Below, piece after piece: positions 1-13,600 of a DNA stretch of 56,049 nucleotides. The position numbers were made by a program, and so were the translations under genes. Location of the stretch: positions 1 through 56,049 of the forward strand of contig LWCA01000092.1 in the NCBI GenBank assembly GCA_001642005.1, read 5' to 3'. The notes beneath the pieces are model-generated. The model made no database searches and had not been told where the DNA came from. It saw nothing but the letters and a program-made list of their open reading frames with translations. Every line of letters starts with the position of its first letter. Position 1 is the stretch's first letter. This stretch comes from Intoshia linei. Taxonomy: Eukaryota > Animalia > Orthonectida.

Positions 1-1569
1 TGTTTTTCATTGCTACGCAATTTTTAAAGGTTATTACAACTACTACAACTACAAGATTACTAAAAGTAATACAACTTTGTTAATATTTCTATCATTTTTA
101 TACTTACTACAATCCTTGCAATATTGGTAAAATTCGCCTGAAATAGGTTTATAAAGTGCAGATTCAGATAATTATTTATACATAATTTGTATTTTTAAGT
201 ATTTATTAAATTGGTACTGAATATAACTTTTGAATATATTTACCGAAATTATTAATTATTTTAAAATAAATTTTTTTTCTTAAAAAACATTTTGCAGATG
301 CACTTAATCAACTTATCAATAATTGAAATAGAAATTGTTACAAACGCATACTTTTTCAGAAATTTTTTTAAATCGGACAGGAAAAGTGGATTTTTCCCTT
401 AAAGGTTGGTAAATTTTGATTTTAATGAAAATTGTTGGATTTAAGAATATTCTCTTAAAATGTATAGTCCAATATTTCTAAAATATTGAAATAATATCCG
501 TTGCTGATCTACAATTGTATATCTGCGTATATGTCATGGTTTAATTAAAAAATAAAGTCCTAGAATTAAAAACACATTTTCTAATATAATTTTTCGAGAT
601 CATATTTAATCGTAACATTTTATTAATTTCATTTTCAGAAATAGTCCTTCAGGGTTAAGATCCCAATTTACCCGTTTAATTAATTAAAATCTAAATTACT
701 CGCTTAAAATTTAAAAATTGCAACTTCATGACTAATTGTATATGACTATAACAGGTTTGGAATATGCCGCTGTTTTTATTTAGTTTTATTTAAAAAGTCC
801 CAATTCTGGTGTTCTGAAAGTAAAAAAGTACAAAGTAAAAATTACCAAAAATGTGAGTCTATTTGTGTAACCATATATTTATAAAACCAACATTCCCAAA
901 ATTCTAAGATTTTAAACTAGACAAATTTTAAGTAAGTTTTTTCCGTTACCAAAAATAAAATAAAATAAAAGTCACTGTAATGTTCGTTGTAATAAGATTT
1001 AAATAGAGCTTTTACAATATCAATAAATTTAATTTAAGATAAAAATTGATATCAAAAAAATGGTTCCAGTATTTGACAATCAGTAATAGTGATATAACAT
1101 CACTACAGTCACACTCAAAAATTTGGGTCTTCATGGATTGAAACCCTTAAAAACCCAAATTATCCATTTTTTAAAAATAAAAAAAAATGTAAATCAAGAA
1201 TTTAAAAAATCTCATAAATTTGTATCTTTACTGTCAAAAACTCCAATTACCACATTTTCTTAAAAATCAGGTGATACGGTCTGTTAATACGGTTAATAAA
1301 TCCGTATAACTTGGAAAAGCCCAAAATTTTAATACACAATATTGGAAAATATAAATCTTTACTATGAAAATGTTTTCAAAAAATACCTAAAACTCTATCT
1401 AAAAGAAATTGGGTACTTTTAACTTCATTGTGATAAACATTATGAGAAGTGTCGCTAATAATACTGGCAGCATTTTGTCTAACAACAAAGGATTGCTAAA
1501 AACAAATTATAAAAGAAAAATAAAAAAAAACCTCCCTAACGAAATTTGTGTTGTCAGATAATTGATTAT

Positions 1570-2160
1570 TTATACTCATCCACTCTGACGGTGTGTAAAG
1601 GCTAGAGTCTTTTCTAGCAAATTTTTCCATTTTTTCAAAATAGATCAAATTGTTGATTATAATAAATTAACTAGATTTAATCTGGAATACCTTAACAATA
1701 AATGTTTGGTTTATGTATTTGTTTCCAACAAACACCTTGTTAAGCTCAATTGATAATGTTTTTATTCAGACTTGTAGCAAAATTTTCAATAAATCTATAA
1801 AACATTTAATATAAAATTTCTTTTCAAGAGCAATTGTCTTGTACACAATTGTTTAAATATGAGAGTTCACTTATTCAAAATTTAATGCGGTTGTAATTAA
1901 TGTGATATTGATTGAAACTCAATTTGAGTTGAAAATAATTATTGTTAATTTCATTAATATTGAGTAAATAAATGAATTGCAAAAACAATGTACAAACTAT
2001 TAATATATAATTCAAAATTAAAATTTAGTGCAGACAAATATTATTTAAATTATTGTGTTTATGCAAGACTAGTTGTATTGTTTATTACTAGCTGTTTCTG
2101 TTTTTATGTGGTGTGCATTAGTCATTTTATATCTTGGATATAAACAAAAAAATTAAATCA
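1570..2160 (-). pseudogene. Heavily degraded transposase-like remnant (DNCxGQNKN...F..IEK...YxPxEW type)
   Basis: Minus-strand fragments read ENFATSLNKN and FEKMEKFARKDSSLYTPSEWMSI, interrupted by stops and frameshifts. Family resemblance is by eye only. Confidence 0.25.
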
Positions 2161-2270
2161 CCTGCATTTATTAATACACTAATAATATACAAATACATAA
2201 TCACAATATACAATAAATCAAATAACTTATGTTGACAAAGTAAACTTTTTTAACCATCAATCAGATATAC

Positions 2271-2599
2271 CAGGGGCGGATCCAAGAGGCTAGTTAATGG
2301 GGTGCGAGCGAAGCGAGCAATATATTTAACTTCGTTCAAGGCAAAAAAATTTTAGAGGCGTCTATTTTAATATCAAGGCGTTTAGTTTGATTTTAAAGCG
2401 TCTCTTTTAATTTCATTTAAAAGTTGTTATACAATAGTTTCCAAACTTGTATTTTTTTGCAAAAATAAAAAAAATGTAATGTTATGCGCTATCTATATTG
2501 TTTTAATAAATTAAAACCTTTTTCAGTTATTTTACAAAACATTAATTAAATATTTAGGGGTGCAACTGCACCTTCTGCACCCTCTTGAATCCTCTACTG
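2271..2599. mobile_element. MITE (CAGGGGCGGATCC-type ends, hAT-like)
   Basis: Left end caggggcggatccaagagg; right end cctcttgaatcctctactg is an imperfect reverse complement; tatac flanks both sides. Confidence 0.65.
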
Positions 2600-3239
2600 T
2601 ATACGATTATATAAATCTTTGCATTTAGACTAAATTTGGTCGGTTTATTAAGATAAGAATAGTACAACTTTTTATATTAAATTTATTGTTACCGAAAATA
2701 TTTTTATAAGCAGGAATGACTGGAAAAATATCAATTATAATAACAATTGCAAATAGTACAATTGTGTAAAATTTAAAAAGTACAAAGTAAAAAAAAATTG
2801 AAATAAGAGTTAATGTATTGCTGGAATGTTATAATAAAGAAATGTATAATGAAGGAAAGGGAAGGATTTCTGTGGAATGGAAATTAATGGGTTCGTAGGA
2901 CCAATTGCTAAATAAATGCTAGTATCAATAAAATACTGTATTACAATTGTATAATTATTCAGTGTTGATAAAATGTCATTATAATTTTAAATGTTAATGT
3001 AGTATATTTAAATGTATATTAATTTCCTTCTACGTGTTACCGTTTATTTAAAACAATCTAATTTCTAATTTCTAATACAGTTTTTCGCGGCTTATTTTTT
3101 TATCAATGTTTTATTTTCTGAAATTCATTCCTTCAGAGTCAAAAACACAATTCCCCCTTTTTTTTAAAAATTAATATAAATTCTAAGACGCATTTTAAAA
3201 ATTAAAAAAGTTATCAAAAATACTATACCATTTACAACT

Positions 3240-3310
3240 CAATAATGCAATGGTGAAATACAATAATGGAATAGTGAAATTCAATAATGCAATAGTGAAA
3301 TACAATTATG
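3240..3310 (+). repeat. 21-bp tandem repeat, about 3.4 copies (caataatgcaatagtgaaata)
   Basis: Units start at 3240, 3261, 3282 and a partial unit at 3303, just upstream of a transposase fragment; probably a subterminal repeat. Confidence 0.85.
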
Positions 3311-3414
3311 TAACTAAGAAACTTTTTAAGTTTTAATTTACTAATTTATTGTTATTATCGTTTAAACATTGAGCTTGCCATTTTCTAATAAATTTTCAAA
3401 TATGATGATCAAAT

Positions 3415-3651
3415 ATGAATTCAAGAAAAAATAACAAAAGTACTGTAGAAATTAGAAGATGTATTATTGAAACCCATAATGATGGTGGGGACTGGAAAAG
3501 GGTATGCGAATTGATGGGTATCAAAACCAGAACGGCATATTCATGGATAGAGAAACAAATGTACCATTTAAGGGATACAGGTGGAGCAACTCATACAAAA
3601 AAATCACCTGAAATCGTTTCTTTGTTATGGGTTGTAGATCAAATATTATAA
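3415..3651 (+). pseudogene. Tc1/IS630-like transposase N-terminal HTH fragment
   Basis: IRRCIIETHNDGGDWKRVCELMGIKTRTAYSWI...TGG resembles the N-terminal HTH of IS630/Tc1 transposases; truncated before the DDE domain. Confidence 0.55.
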
Positions 3652-4273
3652 CAGTGAGGTATTTAAATTCTAAGTTTTTTAAACATAAAAACTGTATTAG
3701 ATTTTAAAATTACAAATGGCAACCTCAAAAAAGTACATTTTCACTATCAAAAATCCATAAATTTTTAGATAGATTTGTACATGTATTAGCTTTTTTTAAA
3801 AATGAAAATGTAGTTCTAGAATTTTGAATAAAATTACAGCTCATATAGTTATCTCCAGTTAACACACAAAAATTTAATCTGACAAAGTGACGCCTTCATA
3901 GTCAAAAGAGTAATTTGGTTTTTTTTATTTTGTAACTATTTTAACAAAAAATTTGAAATAATTAATGGTCCTAGAGTATAAAAAAATTTAGTTTGATACA
4001 ACTTATATAAATACAAAAGTTCAATCTCAGAAATCTACGATGCTTTACATTTGACGTTTAAATTTTTATTTACAATAATTAGATTTTTGAAAAGTAGTCT
4101 GTAATAGTTTTCTTTTCTTGGTTCATCAGTTCTGTACTAATTACATCTTCAAGATCAAAACATTTTTAAAGCATCGTCTGTACAAAAATTATTAATTCCA
4201 TTTTTAAGTTCATTCAATTTTATAAAAATACTAAAAAATTATATAATAAATACTTTATCAAATATAAATAATA

Positions 4274-4393
4274 CAGTCTAAATCCATATTAACGGAATTT
4301 TTGTTTCATACAAAAATGTTAACAAGAAAATCCATTTTGTTATAGACGTATTTTTTCCGTTAAAATAAGTTCCATTATAGAGGACTTAGACTG
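4274..4393. mobile_element. Small Tc1/pogo-type MITE with TA target duplication
   Basis: ta|cagtctaaatcc ... ggacttagactg|ta; TIR match 11/12; a related end occurs near 15195-15207. Confidence 0.75.
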
Positions 4394-4425
4394 TATTTAA
4401 AAAATTATTTATCTTTTTTCATTAT

Positions 4426-4674
4426 TTATTTTTCTTGATTTACATAACAAACACAATCTTCGAAAGCTGCAATAATAACATCTATTTCAGCATCTTCAAT
4501 ATCATCATAAGTTTCATTTTCGGTGTATGGACGGAATTCAACATCCTGCATTGGCTCATCGGATACTTGATCGTCACAAAGATTGGCTTTTTTCAAACAA
4601 TTTATTGAAACTACTGAATCCATACCCTCAATTGATTTTTCAATCGACCTTAAAATCTTTTTGAAGTCCACCAA
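4426..4674 (-). pseudogene. pogo/Tigger-like transposase C-terminal remnant
   Basis: VDFKKILRSIEKSIEGMDSVVSINCLKKANL followed by an acidic tail resembles the end of the pogo DDE_1 domain (..W..V....I.NCFKKAGF); adjacent to a TA-flanked TIR element. Confidence 0.4.
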
Positions 4675-4754
4675 TTTGATACAATAATTTAAATTTATGT
4701 CTTCATTTAATATATATAAAATTATTTAAGTAACGCTTGTACTTTGGTTTAAAC

Positions 4755-5451
4755 CAAGCATTCTCAACCCTTTTTCGCTGTGAAAAATTAATATTTTATA
4801 TCCCTTGGTTGATGTTTCATAGAATCATGAATATTGACTGATTTTTTGTCCTATTTTTAATTTGACATTTAAAGTATTTTTTATGACTAGAAACTTGGCT
4901 CAGTCATAAATTTTAATAAAATAATTAAATAAAACCGCTGCTCCTAAAATAGAACAATGGAGGTTTCCCAATAAGTGTTTACACTTGTAAGTAATTTAAT
5001 TTAATACGAAAGAATTTACTTATACATGATTTTCACGTTATATATTAGTATTTCTAAGCCTTTATGTTTTAAAAACGACTTTATGTTACTGAAAATGTCT
5101 ATAATATGTAATAAATGTAGATAATTTTAATGGACCCCCAAAAAAGTGATGTGGACCCTATATACATATACATGTAGACTTTTTATTGATCTGATAAAAT
5201 ATGTAGTAAACAATACCTGAAAAACATGTTCAATTTTGGGAACATTGACAGGTTAAAGGTTAATATTAATAGTTCACCAAGTTTATCACCTCGTAAAAAT
5301 AGAGTACTTCATGTCTTTTGACCATCGTTCGTTTCATCCAAATGTAATGATTCATTAAAAATTGTCATTATTATTAATTTTTTTGGGGGTCCACAGGTTT
5401 TATGTAATATCATCTTAGGGGTCCACAGCGAAAAAGGGTTGAGAATGCCTG
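4755..5451. mobile_element. hAT (Charlie-like) MITE, 697 bp
   Basis: 28-bp TIR caagcattctcaaccctttttcgctgtg / cacagcgaaaaagggttgagaatgcctg (1 mismatch); 8-bp flanks gtttaaac / ctttaaat. Confidence 0.9.
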
Positions 5452-5674
5452 CTTTAAATCGACAACCACTGTAACTAAAATTAAATTAAAATTAACGACG
5501 ACTTATTAACCATAAAAGCATGATAAAATCAAAAATGTTATTGAATGAACAAATCAATATAATTTTTGATAAATGAAAAATAAAATGGAATAATCTTTAT
5601 TTTTATTTTGAATAAAAGTAAAGTTTTATTAAAATTAAATATTTGAAAATCTTTATAGGAAATTAAACAAATAT

Positions 5675-8600
5675 ATGAATCGACGAACCAAGAAGAATAG
5701 AGTGTATAGACAGCGAGACAAAAGTTCTAGCAGTGAAAATGAAACATGTAGAGACAAAAAAATGAGTGAAAAAAAGCAAAAAATTAAATCTAGATATTTA
5801 AATAAATCAAATATCAACCGTGTGAAAAAGGCACCAAGCAGTACTAATAAAATTAGTTTTGACATTGATGAAAATGCAGGTGAGGTTTGAATAATTATTT
5901 TAAATGTTAAATTATCACTAGATGTGGAAGAGTTCCAAATAAGAAAAGACAAAAATAGGACAAGTAAAAGGGAAAAAGTGAAACAGGCTTTAGCTGCTGC
6001 GATTGCTCAACAGGTATAATTTTTTTGCAAAATTATTAAATATTATTTTTAGGAACACGAAAGTGAGATATCACAAGAAATTAATAATGTACAAACCGCA
6101 AACAAACAACAAAATTTACCGCAAAGTATTCATGATTACTCCGAGTTGACTAGAAAATATACTTCGACTAGGGGTATTTTTATCAAAATATATTAAAAAC
6201 TTAATAATTTTACTTTGAAATTTTTAGAAACTCAGATTATTAATCCTCATATTGTACATTTGGCCAGAAAACAGAGAGAAAAGGCCAGACAAGTCAGCGA
6301 TTCAACTTACATACCATTAGCTCCACGTGATGTTGAAAACGAAGATGACCCAGACGGTGATGAATTTGACATTGACATGTTAAATAAAAATCAATGTTAT
6401 AAAGAAGTCGAACCTGAAAAATGTTCTATAATTGAAATGAAAGATCATCGACATAACCAGGAAGCTTATATGCGAGACATTGAAAATCAAATTAGAGATA
6501 GGGAACAAGCTAGTTCAAATTCAGATTCAGATTCTAGTACTGAGAATGCTGAAATGCGATGGGAAGAACAACAAATTAGAAAAGCCATGTCGTATAAAAC
6601 TGGACAGCCTATTTATTCTAAACACCCGAACCCTTTACCTAAAGAAATGAAATTTTTTTCTAATCATATACTTTACAATACCTTTGCAAAAGATGTATTT
6701 ACTTATAGGTTCTCTCATAAATTATCTTTTAGGCGAAACAATCTGATTCTAACAAGGAAATATTGGGAAAATATGTGAAATCTATTAAAAAATACGATAT
6801 TAATAAACTCAAAAACCTTACTATCGATGAAAGTTGGAGACATTGTGATACCACAGATGTGATGTGTATATTGCATGATGGGTTTGTCTTTATTTTTTCA
6901 CAATAAATGGGATAATTAGGATCAGTGTTCTCGAACAACAAAATATCAAGTACAATTCTTATAAAGAAGCCGTAATTAACAGAATGGACGAAATCAGACT
7001 ACTTCAAGATGTCGAAATTACAGGAAATGATTCTTTGCATGTCCAGTTTAATCTCATTAAAGAAATTACCACATACATTAATATTCTGGATGATTGTTTT
7101 ACTCAAAAGGTTAATTTTTTTCATATAACGTTGAGACGATCTCATAATTAATTAAATGGTTGCATGCTTTTAACGGAAGGTCTCAATAACGCGTTGTATG
7201 AGAATAGTTCAAAATTGTTAACAACTTTTCCTTTTTTTAATTACATTAAATCAAGTTTATTCTTGATTTTTATTTTGGTTGGTTGGTAAATTAATTGACG
7301 ATTTATGAGACATTGCGCAGAATAAAGAGAAATATTTGACCTATTTATAATACTCTTTCTAATTTTATGTTACGTTTAAAATGTGGTCTCCATACTCACT
7401 GGGTGACACCCTGAAAAGTAAAACACAATGAAAAATAAAAATGATAAATAAATTGAGAAATAAATCATAATATGAGGAGACCCTGTTTTTTGGGTAGTTT
7501 TAGAAAGACTGCAGAAGACGCATCTTTAATTATTTACTAGCATGCGTCTACTGATAATTTTAACTGTTCTCATTGAATTTAAATCGTATATCATTATCTT
7601 AAAATGGTATTATTATTTATTTTATTTTAAAACTTTTTAGGTGATTTTAATTAATCATCTCGAAAACAGAACTATAATAAATTTTACGAACAATAGCAAA
7701 TTTGTCATTTCTAGGCGTAGACAAAATATTAAGGATGAAGCGTCGTCTCTGATGGGGTTTTTGAAAAGTTATTTATTCAATCATACGTATAAAATAACTA
7801 TATTCAGATAAAACTGATGTGATAGAAGATGAACACCAACTTAAACTAATGAAAAAAAGACTAGATTCCCAATTACAAAGGAGGTTTATATTTTAATTAA
7901 TAACGATCCGAAAATTCGTATTATCCCCTTTATAGTACCGAGCCGCTTTTCCGCGACGAATATTTTTGGAAAATGGGGATATCCTTTTTCAACATTAAAA
8001 AATATATTTTTGAATGTCAACTGTTTATGGGTGAAATTTAAATTGTCTAGACTAGTGATTCCCAACCTATGGGTATTTACCCACGAGTGGGTAATTTGAT
8101 ATTTTTCATGGGTAATCTCGAAATTGGTTCTAAAAGAATAGGAATTTTTTTATTTTTTAGCGTCGCATGCACAGTAATGTATGAAATATAATTTTTCCCA
8201 TTGAGTCCTTCAGATTCAAAAACATAATTTACATTTTATTTTACTATTTTGTAAAATTAGTTTTTTAAAAAATTTTTATGGCTTATTCTAAAAACCTGAC
8301 CATCTAAAATGAAGTTAAACAATATAGTGGGTAATATCAAAAATGTAACTTTTTGATTAAAATATTTTAAATTGACTTGAATAAAATCTGATTTACACTT
8401 TTTAAACTTTAAATTTTTTCAATTTAACGTAAAATGGTATATTTTATTGCACAATAAAACAACCAAAAAATTTAAATTAAGTAATTATAAAAAGATGGTC
8501 ATTGTGCCATTCTTTACTAACACAATGGGCATAGGTTTATAAAATGTAACTTTTTGATTAAAATATTTTAAATTGCCCATGAATAAAATCTGAAGTTAAC

Positions 8601-10653
8601 TTTTCAATTTGAAATTAAATGATATATTGCATTATAATTACATAAATTGCCACGGCCGCACATAAACGATCTCACGACCGCAGGTTGTGCACCCCTGGTC
8701 TAGTAGTTATATGGAATTACGCATCGCTGACGATAATTTTTTTAGGGTCCTACAGCATGGTTGATTTACCTCATACCATTCGAACCAAATCCACAACTAT
8801 ATACCTGGGGGTCCGTGAGAATCAAATAAAATGTAAAAAAATTTATCAAATTTTATTTATTTTTATTATAAATTCTATAATTTTAAGTTTTAGATTTTAA
8901 ATTTATAGAGTTGACAGATTTTGGGAATTTATTCTAAACCTAGACGAATTGACCTACATTGTTATTTCACAAAATCTTACTTCTCTCCCACCTTTTATAA
9001 AATTTAATAAAAAATACCATTTTAAACCCTAAGAGAAAAATCGACTATTACCTTATGACCTTACCTAATAAATTATAAATCTACTTAATCAAACCAATAT
9101 CAAATAGTAAATCCCTTTTTCCAGTATTTTTTTGAAAAACATGATTTTACCAAATCTTATGAGAAAAACTTGTTATTCCAATCCCAAAATAAAAATCCAA
9201 TTTTATTTAAAAATATTTAAAGTAATTTTAACTTTAAAATGTTTAGTTTAAAACGGGAAGAAAAAAGAAATTTAATTGATAAAAAATCGCATTATGACGG
9301 ATACAGTTCGGATGATTTATTGGGTGGAAAAAATTTGGAAAGATCAAAAACGACTATATGTACAAATAATTACCTGCAACATGATTGTAATACAATATAA
9401 ATATTTTAGGCGGTATAAAAGAATCTCGTGATCGTATATTTGACGATGTTGCCGAAGAATATACAAATTATCAAAATTTATTTAAAAAGATAACCTTATG
9501 GGTAGACCGCGACGCTGAATTTGTAAAGAAATGTGGATTAATTTATTACGTAGGAGATTTGATTTCAATGCATATACGAAATAACCATATTACGTGGAAT
9601 CCTCTTGTGGTATATTTTCTATTACACCTAACATTTTTGCAGGTAAAGGATAACGGAATCAAATTTCATGACTGGTACAAGAATGTGGATAATTTTTACA
9701 AAGAAATTGGTCCCAAACTGGAGTTGGATGCAAGTGATGTTGATAAAATATTTTGTTATATTATTGATGCTACATTTATGCTAAAATTAGCCAGTACTAA
9801 ACCATCTAATGGTGTTATGATAGATTTAGAAATTGTAAAAGAATTTGACGCTTTATCAAAAAAAAAATGTACATTATTACGGACAATTTTGAATTCAATT
9901 TTCAATATTCACGTCGAGTTATTCAAACAACGCCAAAATTACCCAAACACATGTGTAATTAATTGTATAATTGGTTTATAGCTTTTTAGGAAATATTTAA
10001 ACTAATTGAGCAGAGAATAAAACTATCCATTGATGAAGATTTATATGTGCCGTTGTTTCCGATAAAGTAGGTTGTTAATGTAATATTAATGCATGTATAG
10101 AATACTGGAATCGCGAGATACGGATTGCGCCAAATTTCATAGTAGACAATTTTTTAGATCATTAAAGGTTTTCAATTGAAACGTAAAGGTTTAAATATAG
10201 TACATTTAGTTACTCGAAAATGTAATGATTTTGTCTAAATTTATAACCAAAACTTTTTTCATTGAATGCATCATAAACAACCTCATGGAAAGACATTTAA
10301 TATTATCTTTTCGGTATGATTGTGTTGATGAATTTTTTGTTGTCAAATGCTCGGAGGTAAATGTAATTTCGCCGATTTTTGACATTTATTTTTAGGTAGC
10401 ATCAAAATTTCAAAAACACAAATCGATTCTAAAACACGCAGACCCTTCTTTGCAAATTATTATTAAATTTATAAATTATCTCGCCCATGATTGGAAACAA
10501 AATTTTAATGTAAACTCCATCTATTACCTCACAAATTTAGAGTAAGTTTTAAAAATTATAAACTTTTAAAGTTTCGTATAATGAATCACCTTGTTTAGAT
10601 CAAAAATTAAAGATATAATTAACAATTTACAAGAAATTATTGAAGGAATTTAA
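5675..10653 (+). CDS. PAXBP1: PAXBP1/GCFC2 family protein (GC-rich sequence DNA-binding factor; Ntr2-like spliceosome disassembly factor), multi-exon
   Basis: Spliced frame gives SFDIDENADVEEFQIRK, IVHLARKQREKAR, RWEEQQIRKAM, YINILDDCFTQK, SRRRQNIKDEAS, HYDGYSSDD, IFDDVAEEY, TWNPL, IDEDLYVPLFP, SRQFFRSLKLLEN. GT-AG introns include 5880-5921, 6014-6052, 6174-6227, 7110-7640; stop TAA at 10651-10653. PAXBP1 versus GCFC2 cannot be separated by eye. Confidence 0.88.
8053..8697. mobile_element. hAT-like non-autonomous element in a PAXBP1 intron (ends from different subfamilies)
   Basis: gtctagac|tagtgattcccaacct ... aggttgtgcacccctg|gtctagta; internal direct duplication at about 8341 and 8542. 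Confidence 0.6.
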
Positions 10654-10692
10654 CACCACGCATTGTATATTTAAATTTTTTATAATTTGTTT

Positions 10693-13600
10693 TCAATTTG
10701 AATTTGTTCTTGTTTTTTCGATATTGCCTCCGAAATACTTTGTTGATATAATCTAATTTTTTAATATCATTATTGCACGTTTTTTCAATAAATTTATTAC
10801 CTCTGTCGCGTTGTGTAAGTAAAATTCTATCAGCGCAATTAAAAGTAGTGCAAGTCGAAAGTAAACATCTGGAGGTATCGATAACTAAATTAATGAAATT
10901 AGTTACTAGTTACGTTAATTCACCAATTTTAAAATTTACCGACAAAAATCTTGTGATAATATTTGGATATCCGTTCATTAAAAAATAGAAACTAATGCTA
11001 GAAAACACTACGTACCAAACCGATAATAGCTCTAAATTTTTTTAATAGATTTGCTAAATGTTTTAAAAAATTATCACATCGGAAAAATATTTGTCATCAA
11101 AATTGATGGCTTTCATTTCTCCCAAGTGTTTTATTTATAAGTAAATATTTAACATACTATTGTGAATCATTGATTTTCGATATCTAAATTAAGTTAAGCC
11201 TGGTTCTATTATGTGTTACGGTGGTCCTTTACAGTAAATGAATATTCCGGATAGATACTGGAATATTGTTAAATTGAACAAAACATAGGCAGCATAGTCT
11301 ACGTATTCACTCCCCCATTCTGATCTATAAATAATATATTAGTTAAATCCAAGTTAAACCATTTTTTCTGTAATTCACGTTGTAATTTAATCCTATATAT
11401 TTTATAATTTTTCCTAATGTGCCTTCTACATACGGTATATCTCAGTGATGGCAACCAATTCAAATGTGGTGTCATAATTTTAAAATTATATTCGAAAATA
11501 ATTGTTATTCAGCCCCTTTATTAAAACAAAAGCTAAATTTCTTAGTTACATGAGATATGTATATGAAAAGAAACGAGTAACATTTTTTAGTACAGTTTTC
11601 AACAGAATGAACAATGTTAATCGCACAAAGTTTATAAATTACAATGATACGCAAGAGAACCTTTTTGAAGTGTGTTTATAATACGTAAAGTTTGTATTTT
11701 TAATACGAAAACAAATCTTTTGTCATCACTGGTATACGTTATAATTTTAAAATTTTTGTCAAGTGACAAATACTAATGTCAAAAATAAATAAGGGTAGAA
11801 TAAAAAAGTAAAAAGTATCTTTTTAAAAATAATTAACTACCGCACAATTTACACTTGATTTAAGATGTTCAAAATTAACTTTACTTTTTAACCTTTTTGG
11901 GTTATACAAATATAACCGGTGCGTTTAAATAGATCCGTACCATAAGCTCGAGGCCACCGAAAATATAAAATAGGCTGTAAAAAATGTTCACAAATGAATT
12001 GTATATAGTATATAACAAAAATAGTTATGATATTTATTGATTATAATTTTTTAATGCTCATTATACAAAAATTTCATCTAAAGGGTTAAAAAGGGGGTCT
12101 CGGCTATGATAGGTTCGGCACTACGTTTAAAGTTTAAAATATTTTTAAAACTTGAAAAAATGATAAACGGTATTTTTTACATTTCTAACCCTAATTTTAC
12201 TAACCCGCGGGTGTCTGAAATAATAAAATATAAACTTGTAATGTTTTGAAAGCATTATTATGGAACCGCATTGAACTATAACTATAATTATCGAGTGTAT
12301 AGCAAATGTAATCAAATTGCTAGCTTTCAACAAATTAGAGTTTGGTTTTTTTGGAACTATCCATTTGTATGTTGGATTGTTTGCAATCAAAAAGGTAGCA
12401 CTCATAGTTATCACCAAATCTGAATATATCATCATACTATCTGTCATTGTTGAATCTACCTAAATGAAAAAAATATACCATGTATGAAGTTATACATCCA
12501 AATATATCATTTTTACACAAAATTAACGATAAAGTTAAATAAGATACTTGAATCAAATAATGCATGATATATAGTAGAATGGATAAGTTTTTCTAGAAAA
12601 ACCAGAACATAACACTTTATTAAGAAATAGCCTAAAATATTCTATCCAAGGAGCCCTTTAAGCCTATTATGCTAATCGAAACCATGATTTATTTCAATTA
12701 CTATCCCCTATAACTAATTATTTGGGTCTAAAGGTTACTTGGTATGTCAGGATGGGAAACCTTTCTCAACTGTAAGGAATTAATTGAATGAAAAACATGT
12801 CTTTGATTATTATTCAATACAATACACAGTTTTATAAAATATTCCTCATATTACGGCAAAACTATTACCGTACCTTAAGGGAAAAAATCCATGTTTGTCA
12901 GACCAAATTTATCTAAAAAATAAATCAATTATTTCCAAAATCTACGCGGTTCTTGAAAAGTAGCACACCCCATTTTGACAACCACTACCCTAAAAAAAAC
13001 TAAATATTAATTTACATGTTAATTACAATATTGCAGTATAGTATAGTAGTTAACCATTTTTGTGGATACACCCTACTAGGTGTGGTGGTAAGTAATAACA
13101 CTTTTTTATAATATTACATTTAAGATAGTTAAATTAAAAATTGGGCCTATATACTTAATGTAATGTAATTAGACGAAAATTTTTAAAAATAAAAATTTGG
13201 GCTGACAAAAATTTAAAAAAGATTTTGTACTCAGCATATTCATGTCTTGTTAAAATTATATTGTATTTTTTATTGTGATTGTTCACCTACTAACAGTGTT
13301 AGTCTAACATCCGATGGTTGTCAACATTGAAATAATAATGTATTTAATTGATATCTTAATGATTTTTAAAAATTAAATATTTAAAATGGAATCAATGGTT
13401 GAGTTTGTCGTGAATTTGTTTAAATTTGTTTTTTTATGTTAACTAACCACCGTATTATTAGTCACTAAAAGTTACCATATCTGTGGTGAAAATCCCAACT
13501 ATTTCGAATCGTATATCACGACATTGCGTGGTTTAAAACCACAACTCTTAATAAATGTAAAGTTAAATAATTACAGTGTACAAAACCATCATAGAGATCC

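Noticed and set aside
1040-1260. Possible Tc1 transposase remnant (LKNLGLHGLKPLK)
   Set aside because: Only a short motif-like match; too degraded to support a call.
3240-3310. CRISPR-like short repeat array
   Set aside because: Contiguous tandem units without unique spacers, no cas genes, and a eukaryotic context.
10637-10653. Apparent 17-bp coding overlap between PAXBP1 and ATP13A
   Set aside because: It needs the last ATP13A exon in phase 1. The preceding exon ends GAG|gtaata in phase 0, which gives a stop at 10693 and no overlap.
11360-11392. 33-nt candidate ATP13A exon creating TGA at its junction (possible recoding or poison exon)
   Set aside because: Skipping it, or using the nearby atcag acceptor, keeps the frame open. 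TGA is a normal stop in other genes here, so there is no evidence for recoding.
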